Part shown: piece after piece, positions 24,710 to 34,361 of the stretch
Position numbering within the stretch: position 1 is the first letter of the stretch
How the letters are laid out: each line of letters opens with the position of its first letter
Source of the DNA: Eledone cirrhosa
Taxonomy: Eukaryota
Reading direction: 5' to 3'
Length of the DNA stretch: 64,000 nucleotides
Assembly: GCA_964016885.1 (NCBI GenBank)
Contig: OZ024741.1
Location: forward strand, 118,234,001-118,298,000
Program-made: the position numbers and the translations under genes
The notes under the pieces: generated by a model
The model's database searches: none
What the model saw: only the letters and a program-made list of their open reading frames with translations
What the model was told of the DNA's origin: nothing

Positions 24710-24872
24710 AAAAGTGGCTCCAGAGGTATTAAGATTTGGTTGGTTGTTGAATGTCACGTGAATGAGTACTATAAATTTCGCGCCAATTCGTGTTGCAAAA
24801 ATTCTTGTAGTCAAAACAATTTTGATTGGTCGGTAGAGGTCACGTGAATGTTAAAAATTGATTTTGCGCCAA
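24710..24872. promoter_or_regulatory. Duplicated CCAAT-like / E-box / E2F-like module (86-bp period)
   Basis: GTCACGTGA at 24753 and 24839; TTTCGCGCCAA at 24776 and TTTTGCGCCAA at 24862; GATTGG at 24824. Confidence 0.45.
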
Positions 24873-25228
24873 ATGTAGGTTTGTCGAAGAGTGTCCTTTT
24901 TCGCCTGATTGAGAAGTCACTGAAAAATAAGTATTTTAAGACAAATATGTGTGTGTTTGTGTGTAGTAAAGAGGTTCATTGTTGTGATAATGGTCAGTAG
25001 GGATGTGTGTGTGAATTACAGTCATGTTGAAAGGTCAACAGTTTATTTTTCAGTGACTTCTCAATCAGTGACTTCCTAATTAAACTATTTTTCACTGAGA
25101 AAAATTTGTCAGCATTTTCTTTTCCTTTTACTAATATATCACAACTCGTGTGTTACACCTCTATTCTTTTAAATATATATATATATACATATACATATAT
25201 ATATATACATATACATATATATATATAC

Positions 25229-25377
<149 letters not shown>

Positions 25378-25398
25378 TATGTATATGTATATATATAT

Positions 25399-25500
25399 AC
25401 GAGGTGAGTCAGAAAAGTTCCAGGACTAATGTCACAAAAGATTTATTTCAAACCCAAACTTCACACTAAGAGTTTTATCCTTCAAAGTAATCCCCCTTGA
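25399..25500. mobile_element. Mariner-like terminal fragment
   Basis: TACGAGGTGAGTCAGAAAAGTTCC resembles mariner TIR starts; no partner end found. Confidence 0.4.
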
Positions 25501-25580
25501 AATAAGGCCGTTATTGTACAGCCAACCATGTTACTCTTCATTCTTTCACTATATATATGTATATATATATATATATATAC

Positions 25581-25682
<102 letters not shown>

Positions 25683-25702
25683 TTATTAAAATAACAGATT
25701 AA

Positions 25703-25753
25703 AGTTTAAGCAAAGAATCGCTGCTTTCACCCTTAACGGGATCTTCTGAAACT
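25703..25753 (-). ncRNA. Type I hammerhead motif (U4A core)
   Basis: Reverse complement of 26298-26348. Confidence 0.6.
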
Positions 25754-26297
25754 AACAAAGTCAATCTGTAAACGCAGAACTGGATATTTCAAAAAACGTT
25801 GCAACCGGAGGAAGACAGGAAGACGATACTTTGGTTCGTGGTAACGTTCGCTGGCAAAGAACGGGAAAAAACGAATAATACGTCATTAATAGGAGCGGTG
25901 AAAAACAATTACGCGCAAAGACAAAACCAGGTAAATGGTATAGCAGAAATCGTAGACTAAAATTCTAACTAGGAGACCAAATGAATCTCCGCTACAGAGT
26001 TAAGAACAAAGTAAATAAATACAATACAGAAGTAATAGAAACAAATAAATACATAAACGCAAACAGATACGTACATACACAAGCATACGCAAAACCTTAC
26101 CATGGGTATACAAAACCACGCACATATAAATATGTGTGTGTGTGTATGCTTGTGTACAAATAAATAAATAATTATATAAACGTATATAAGTAAATAAATA
26201 CGTATATAACAAGCGCACACGCATACCTACATATAAATACACGAATGTGCAACGTTTTTTTAAATATCCAGTTCTGCGTTTACAGATTGACTTTGTT

Positions 26298-26348
26298 AGT
26301 TTCAGAAGATCCCGTTAAGGGTGAAAGCAGCGATTCTTTGCTTAAACT
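26298..26348 (+). ncRNA. Type I hammerhead motif (U4A core)
   Basis: agttt CAGAAGA t-ccc-gttaa-ggg-t GAA AGCAG-cgattct-TTGCT T aaact. Confidence 0.6.
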
Positions 26349-26454
26349 TTAATCTGTTATTTTAATAAATATTTGCTCTACGGTTCTTATATATTTGATA
26401 TATATTTATCCTTATTGAGCCCTCTTTGGATTTTAGTCTTAATTTTATTATTAT

Positions 26455-26547
<93 letters not shown>

Positions 26548-27352
26548 TAGTGAAAGAATGAAGAGTAACATATGGTTGGCTGTACAATAAGGGGTTTTAT
26601 TTCAAGTACTGATAATTGTTTCATTGATCAGGTGAGTCTAGAGGTCGCTAATCGCTTGAAGTTAAATCACTCGATCTCCAATACATTATTTACCTCTGAT
26701 CAACACATCAGAGTACGTAGTTATAAAAATAATTCACTCGAGGCAAGACATATATAGAAGAATAGCGTATAATCAAAACAATAACATCAATAATAAAATA
26801 TATATGGTAAATAGGTAGAGAAGTTACAGATGTAAAAAGTAAAAAAGTAGAAGATAAGATAGGATACATTAAAAAAGTAAGAAAATAAGAAAATGGAAAA
26901 TATAAAGAAATAAATAAGGATAAGTGAGAGCATGTAAGTACAGAGTATGTTTGTGGTGGTGTTCTTATAAGGATTCTTTGGTGGGTTTAGTGCTAACATG
27001 AATTAACCAAATTTGAAATATACATAGATACGTGTAGAGAGTCTGATGTAGTGACAGATAAAAGAAAAAGTAATAAATTAGAGATTAATTGGGGGATACA
27101 AGTATGAGATTTAAGGGCTAGGGGTGGATTGTGAAGGCATGTTTGACAAACATGTGTGGTAAATGTTTTGCTGATTGTTTTATCTTAATGAGGTTGATGC
27201 TGTTTCAGGGAAAGAGGCTGAAAGAGATGTTCAGAGATTTATGATCCAGTGACCAGTTGGCCGTTTGACAGCTAATAGCAGTGTGATGGTGTGTATTCTA
27301 TATGCTAAAATCTAGGTCGCTCAGTTCTAATTTTAGGATTGCTGGTTCAAAT
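26548..27352 (-). mobile_element. PLE-like 3' remnant
   Basis: HHR near its 3' end; its terminal ~40 nt recur in opposite orientation at 25511-25551; (TA)n flanks. Confidence 0.55.
26606..26716 (-). ncRNA. Type I hammerhead motif with 82-nt stem II (A9U)
   Basis: gtact CTGATGT g-ttgatcag...ctgatcaa-t GAAA caatta TC agtac. Confidence 0.55.
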
Positions 27353-27353
27353 C

Positions 27354-27420
<67 letters not shown>

Positions 27421-27749
27421 GTAATAATAATAAATTTCAAGACTAAAATCCAAAGAGGGCTCGATAAGGATAAATATATATCAAATATATAAGAACCGTA
27501 GAGCAAATATTTATTAAAATAACAGATTAAAGTTTAAGCAAAGAATCGCTGCTTTCACCCTTAACGGGATTTTCTGAAACTAACAAGGTCAATCTGTAAA
27601 CGCAGAAGTGTATATTTCAAAAAACGTTGTAACCGGAGGAAGACAGGAAGACGATACTTTGGTTCGTGGAAATTTTGGTTCGTGGAAACGTTCGCTGGCG
27701 AAGAACGGGAAAAAACGAATAAGATACGTCATTAATAGGAGCGGTGAAA

Positions 27750-27755
<6 letters not shown>
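27421..27755 (-). mobile_element. Solo pLTR-like copy of the 25678-26460 family; HHR at 27531-27581 carries G8A
   Basis: Direct similarity to 25680-25915; core reads CAGAAAA. Confidence 0.7.
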
Positions 27756-27790
<35 letters not shown>

Positions 27791-27793
<3 letters not shown>

Positions 27794-27882
27794 TTAATAT
27801 AGAAGAGATTCTACAGGACTAGAACTGTTTCATTCATCGTACCTTACTTACTGTGGTTACCTCCGATTCAACCCGGAATAAC

Positions 27883-27884
<2 letters not shown>
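27791..27884 (-). mobile_element. Internally deleted copy of the 8821-9060 element (3' half of HHR only)
   Basis: Shares GAATGAAACrGTTCTAGTCCTGTAGAA and GTAACyACAGTAAGTAAGG. Confidence 0.65.
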
Positions 27885-27923
<39 letters not shown>

Positions 27924-28408
27924 CACAGATATAAACAGGGTGGACCATAATTAGCTTCCTGGCTTACTGTTTAAAAAATATGAATAAAAAAAGAATAACT
28001 TTATACAGTTACATTAAACATTTGAAACGCCACCTGCTTGCAAGTACACCACTGATATGTTTCTTTCTGCTCATTAAACTAATTATGACCAACCCTCTCT
28101 GTCTGTCTATTTATCTATTTAACTCTGTCTGGGTTTCATTGATTGCCTTTGCAACAGAGACTGTTCTCAGTAATATAATACATATGTAATATTCTCTACT
28201 TTGGTATTCAACACTTTTTTCTCATTTTTATAAACCCAGACTATATATAAATTTTGGTGATTTGTTTACATCTGATGGTCAAAAGATAAGGCTTAAAAAT
28301 AACAGGACGGTCATGCTTTGGTGTAATGGTAACATTGCCAGCCAGCATATGGCAGTTATGACTTCTTGTTTCACTATGGTAGCAGTTAACATTGCATGTA
28401 TGTATGAG

Positions 28409-28541
<133 letters not shown>

Positions 28542-28779
28542 TTTACTCAGCTGTAGAAATGAGATGATAGGGACTGGGTTCCCTATCATTCCACTGCAAA
28601 GTGGACGTGTAGGTGCCACGGCAAAAAAGCACCCACCACTCACTGTAAATGAGGTTGGTGTTAGGAAGGGCATCCAGCTGTAGAAATCAAGCCAGAATCA
28701 GTTCCCGTCCCACCCTTGCAAGCAGGGAAAAGCGGATGTAAAATGAAATGAATATATATATATATATATATATATAATA

Positions 28780-29261
28780 ATAATGAGAGGTATACAAATA
28801 TATGTGTATACATACATATACATGTATATATAAACATATATTTTTCACAAGTATGTGAGATTGTATGTTGTCGACCTTAACCAGTGTTACTCTATGATTA
28901 TGAGAGACAAAATAGTCGAAATAATTAAATTGACACAATATCAGAGTTATGTAAACTGTAGCCTATGTATCATATCAATATCTCCCTCCGCCTTCTGAGA
29001 TATTTTCACTGCTACAAGGGATTAATCCCCTTTCTTGACCGGTGTATCACGTGATAGAGTCTCCCTCCGCCTTTCTGAGATTTTCTCGCATGCTACGGAT
29101 GTATGTAGTTAGGGTTCTTCCCTGAGGTGCTCTCTTGATAAGCTGGCTTACCTCACAACAATGTTACATATCTATGATATAACATTTTTGCATAGTGACC
29201 AGCGAAACTGTACAGTCGGGACTAAAGAAAAAAATAGGTATATTGTATCTATTATTCCTTT

Positions 29262-29268
<7 letters not shown>
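28780..29268 (+). mobile_element. pLTR-like element between (TA)n arrays
   Basis: Duplicated TCTCCCTCCGCCTT(T)CTGAGAT, E-box TATCACGTGATA, HHR near the 3' end. Confidence 0.55.
29131..29221 (+). ncRNA. Type I hammerhead, U3:A8 core variant, long stem II
   Basis: tctc TTGATAA gctgg...ccagc GAA ACTGTACAGT C ggga (palindromic stem III, GUC site). Confidence 0.7.
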
Positions 29269-29319
<51 letters not shown>

Positions 29320-29372
29320 TTTCATTTTACGTCCGCTTTTCCCTGCTTGCAGGGAAAAGCGGACGTATATAT

Positions 29373-30122
29373 ATATCAACTAGAAATAGTTTGACATATA
29401 TATATATATATAAAATAAATACATGAAACAATCACAGGGAATAATTTGTAAAGAATATAAGCACACGTAGCTAGGTAAGTAACTAATTAAAGTTTGACTA
29501 GAACTTAAAATAGAGATACCTTTTAAAATGAGTAATCTCCTTTGTATATATTTCTTTAAGTAAGAAATATATTTCACCTATTAATCCGTAAATCACACCA
29601 GTTAAATTCTTGGATGTTCACCAAAGGAGAAGAAAATAACCATCTGTGTTTACACAGCAAATGCAAATCTGTGAATGATTCGAACCACGTGTTGCATTTA
29701 AAAAAAAATATACTCGTTGAACAACATCATCCCAGTGGCGTGAATAGGACCATCGACAGCCAGAAATAGCAGCCGAGCCTATTCAACTGAATTAGCTCAA
29801 CAATCAAGAGACATGCGCCATATCCACTGTAGAATAAGCTCAAAGATTAGATCCGAGCATTACATATCAACTAGAAATAGACTGACATATATATATAAAA
29901 TAAATACATGAAACAATCACAGGGAATAATTTGTAAAGAATGTAGGCACACATAACTAGGTAGGTAACTAATTAAAGTTTGACTAGAACTTCAAATATAG
30001 ATACCTTTTAAAATGATTAATCTCCTTTGTATATATTTCTTTAAGTATATATTTCTAGTTGATATGTAATGCTCGGATCTAATCTTTGAGTTTATTCTAT
30101 GGTGGATATGGCGCATGTCTCT
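29373..30122 (-). mobile_element. Non-coding partial tandem (485-nt unit) with HHR and inverted 5' segment; retrozyme or non-autonomous PLE candidate
   Basis: 29373-29576 is repeated at 29864-30055; 30056-30122 is an inversion of 29808-29873. Confidence 0.7.
29536..29630 (-). ncRNA. Type I hammerhead, G3:C8 core variant
   Basis: tctcctttg GTGAACA t-cc...gg-t GAA ATATATTTCTT-actta-AAGAAATATAT A caaaggaga (9-bp stem I, 11-bp stem III). Confidence 0.78.
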
Positions 30123-30184
30123 CACACATGAAAACCCTTAATTTTAATTTTGGATATATATATATACACATTTTTTTGTTTTCT

Positions 30185-30229
30185 ATGCCCTTGAGAAGCC
30201 CGTTCTGGGCGAAACGTACGTAGGTGCAT
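30185..30229 (+). ncRNA. Minimal type I hammerhead, U3:A8 variant (5' pLTR)
   Basis: atgccc TTGAGAA gccc-gttct-gggc GAA ACGTACGT A ggtgcat. Confidence 0.8.
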
Positions 30230-30487
30230 TGTTATATAAACATGTTTTAACGGTATATACTCCTTTGTATTCATTTCTTTTGTAACCGCTCTGCTTATTT
30301 TCTCGCCCACTAAATATTAATGCTTCTAATATTTAACCCTGTAGGCACAAGTATTGAGCACATTTGCACAAACTATTGACAACTAAATATATGTATCGCT
30401 TATCTTTACTTTTTTCTCTCTCTCTCGATACTTAAACATTCTATTAATGTGCTCCTTATAGTAGAGCACTATACTTTGTTTGCCATC

Positions 30488-33326
30488 ATGATGGAGAATC
30501 AACCGTTACCATGTCTCTCAAGTGTATCCCCTTACCTAGCAGAAAAACATACCTCAAGCAACTTATAGACGCTACTAACTCGTTTATACGGAGAGTAAGA
30601 TGGAAGGCCTACCACCTTGATCAGGACACTAGTAACCTTCCAGAACCGAAAGAGAGTACGGCTTCAAAACGTACCGAAGCCCACCGCACAACACCCTGCT
30701 GGACCGCTTTGAGGAGGACCTGCTGAAACTGATCAGAAACATCAAGTTTAAGAGTAAACGCCAATGCAGTAATCCATTCCTAACATCCCTGGACGCACTC
30801 ATTACCAAGATCAAGAATGACCCACACCTCTTCGTTACCTCTGACAAAACCAAGAAGCTGTATAAGATGGACGTGAGCAAGTACAAATAATTCATTTATA
30901 AAGAACTACACAATAATTATTTAAAAAACACCCATTAGTACTTTAAATGACATAAATAGGGTAGGGAAGGATATATTTACTAGCTTAGACATAGATAAGT
31001 ACACCAACCCATATGTCCCTATGACACCTAGATTCTCTCTTAAGGATCACAAATGTAACTTTAATGAAAACTCCTCTATTAGATTAATATGTCCCTCTAC
31101 ATCTGATATAGGTAGGATTAGTAAAGTGATCCTCGATAGAGTACTACTAGAACTTAATAGCAAAGCCAAGGTCTGTCTCTGGAGCAACACCGACCACATC
31201 ATTAATTGGTTCACGGAGTTGCCTGATAAAGCAACTCTCAAGTTCATCCAGTTTGACATAGACAGCTACTACGCCTCGATCTCCCCCATACTCCTAAATA
31301 AAGCACTTATCTTAGCTAAGTCTAATACTAGCCTCACTAAAAAAGATATATATATATATATATACCTAGTGCTCGTAGCGCGTAGAACTATTATCCAGTT
31401 CGAAGGCTCTTATTGGACCAGAACCAACCGTCCTGATAACTTCGATAACACGATGGGGTCCAGCGACTCGGCGCAAGTGACCGACCTGGTTGGTATATAC
31501 CTCCTCCATAGACTTAGGGACGAGATACCGGCCCTACAGGGAGGTGTATATAGGGACGATGCCCTGTTTACGGTTAGAAACCATAGCCCCCGCAGGATAG
31601 AGAACCTTAACAAGCGTATACACAATTTCTTCAAGACATATGGCCTATCCGTGACTATGGACCTCAACCACCAGATAGTCAACTTCCTGGACGTAACCCT
31701 GGAGTTGAGTACGGGCCTATACAAGCCATACCATAAGCCCGGCGAGATTCCGTCTTATATAAATTATGCATCTAACCACCCTAGGTCTACTCTCAACTCC
31801 ATAGTATATAGCATATCCCATAGGATCTCGAGGCTCTCCGCCAACAAGGATATCTTCAACCAAGCGGCCGAATACTACAATAAGGCCTTACTAAATGCCG
31901 GATTTAACCCGAGAATCTCCTATATCCTTAACGCTAGCTCTAGAAACCAACCCCAACATAGGACTAATGTTATAGTAAGCCATACCTATAACAGAGTACG
32001 CTGCGGCTACGACAGAGTCAAGAATTATAGTATAGAGAACCACACTAAGGAACTTGGCCGCACCGTTAATTGCATGGGTGGCGACCAAGATAACCGACAG
32101 TATGGTAAGGGTCACCAGATTGGTAACGCCAGCCGCTGTAGCCTACTAGAATTATTCCCTAACTATAAGATTAGCAATGGCGGTGGCCTATTACCAACGC
32201 CCTCCAACCGGCGTCTAGCCACACATAAAAATAACGGAAGGAAGGCACGGCCACCTGAACATAAAGCGAAGGGGACGCATAACGGGCTATAGCACAGTAA
32301 CAACCATAAGTACAGTCAACTAGGAAGCACAACATGTAGCAAACCCACGGTAAAGCGGAAGCGCCACCGTAATGTCCTATGGTTCCACCCCCCTACTCTC
32401 GGAGTGTGGCCTCTGACCTACCGAAGATATTCTTCGAAGCCTTAGAGAAGAATTTCCCACCCAATCATAAATACAGGAAAATACTTAATAAGAACAATAT
32501 CAAAATATCCTTCTCTACCACCCCCAATCTAGCAGACATCATAGGAGCAACTAATCACAGTAAGATCACCAAAACACGGCACATTAGCACAGATACATCT
32601 AAGCCCGACAGCAACACAAATAGCCTTAACGTCTCCCTAACAGCACCGAATAGTGTTGGTGGCAGCCCCAACAGACGAAACCGACATAACCAAGGCGAGA
32701 CTGGAGAATATGCTGGTGACCTGCACGGGTCACCCACCGGCAACGGAACGGGCTACGACGTGCGGAGGGATAATGGTACTACCCCGCACGCCTCGAGATA
32801 TAACAGTACCAATGACCGAGATAGAGACATAGATAACAACATAGGTAGCAATAGTAACAGCTTTACTTCAGGAACTAGGAGCGACCGTGACAGAAAATGC
32901 AACTGTCGAGACAGGGGAGGCCGCCCTCTCAGGGGAAACTGCCTGACTGATAATGTTATTTATAGGTGCACCATAACTAGCCATAATAGAGTTAAACACT
33001 ATATAGGGGCCACCTCTAGCCAGTTCAAAACGAGATTTAGAACACATCTCCACTCTTTCAGGAACAAAAAACTAAGGCACTCCACGTCACTTGCCAATTA
33101 CGTCACTACATTAAAAGACGCCAACATCAGCTTCTCCACACACTGGGATATTGTCGGTAGGGCTGCACCCTACAATTTCAAGAGGAAGTGCGAGCTTTGC
33201 CTCATGGAGCTTTACTACATCATAAGAGCACCCCACTAACTCATAAACAGCAGAGTAGAATCAGTCATAAACTGTAGGCACCGAATGCAAGTGTCTTATT
33301 TCAGGTGGGAACCGACTGTGGCATGA
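30488..33326 (+). pseudogene. Disrupted PLE polyprotein (RT plus GIY-YIG endonuclease)
   Basis: SLKCIPLP, FIRRVRWKAY, SDKT, LKDHK, QFDIDSYY, MGSSDSAQ, YRDD, NFLDVTL, SNHP, WFHPPYS, CNCR, VIY...YIG, CELC and NCRH; several stops and frameshifts. Confidence 0.9.
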
Positions 33327-33650
33327 AAACTATAAACTGGGTCCCCCTGCCCAAACCATAACACTCCGGTGGGTAGGCGGCGTAAACAAATATCTGTGAA
33401 CTAAATATGCATCTCAGACCCGGCTCGAACCGGCATTAGTAAAGCAGCACCCACAAAATAATAGCGCAAAACACCATCATGTGAACGGGTAAAAAAGCCA
33501 GTGGGACAAGATTATTCAAGCACTGGCCGGAGTTACTCCCCCTGCTCTATGGCAATAATAACACATGTACCTAAACAAAGAATGAACTCTGATGTGAATT
33601 TAACCTTAAAACCCCTCCTGGGTCGTGAACTGATCATTTTTTTGTTTTCT

Positions 33651-33695
33651 ATGCCCTTGAGAAATCCGTTCTGGGCGAAACGTACGTAGGTGCAT
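33651..33695 (+). ncRNA. Hammerhead of the 3' pLTR (stem II damaged)
   Basis: Same as 30185-30229 except that the stem II 5' arm reads ATCC instead of GCCC. Confidence 0.65.
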
Positions 33696-33741
33696 TGTTA
33701 TATAAACATGTTTTAACGGTATATACTCCTTTGTATTCATT

Positions 33742-33822
<81 letters not shown>

Positions 33823-33936
33823 TAAGAGGAATTCCAACTTTGTCTGATTTACTTGTTTTATTTACAATCCTTTAAAATATATATAATGGTATTATAATGA
33901 AATAGTATGATAGAATATTAAATTCTAAGTGTTAAT

Positions 33937-33975
33937 TGAACAAGTACTTTCATGCTTTCGCAATCTTCAGGTTCA
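33937..33975 (-). ncRNA. Minimal type I hammerhead (3' pLTR)
   Basis: tgaac CTGAAGA t-tgc-gaaa-gca-t GAA AGTACT T gttca. Confidence 0.85.
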
Positions 33976-34281
33976 TGATTTGTGGTGACAGTCGAGTTTG
34001 CAATTTTCAACTGTAATGAGATGGGTAAATTTCCTACCTTGTATACATTTTATACAGAGAAAAGTGGCTCCAGAATGCAAAGCCCTGTAAACTGTATTTC
34101 GACCAATCAGTGTGTAGTTTCACTGAATTACTACAGCTGATTGGTTTAAGCGTCACGGCTGGTTGAGCATGCTAACGACCAATAGTCATATCCAACGTAT
34201 CAATTGTTTTGCTTTTTGAAATGATGAAAATAGCATTTTCTATTAATCATCACCATCAACATCACTTTTATTATTATTATT

Positions 34282-34314
<33 letters not shown>

Positions 34315-34361
34315 AGTGGTCGTGGTCATAGTGGTAGTAGAAGTAATACCCCTAGGCGTTA

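Larger units (their letters stand above)
30169..33747 (+). mobile_element. Penelope-like retroelement, Naiad-type, near full length with direct pLTRs
   Basis: 113-bp direct repeats at 30169-30281 and 33635-33747; RT and GIY-YIG coding region between them. Confidence 0.9.

Noticed and set aside
29118-29130. Alternative core CTGAGGT for the 29.2-kb HHR
   Set aside because: TTGATAA gives an intact A9, a 3:8 pair and a 5-bp perfect stem II.
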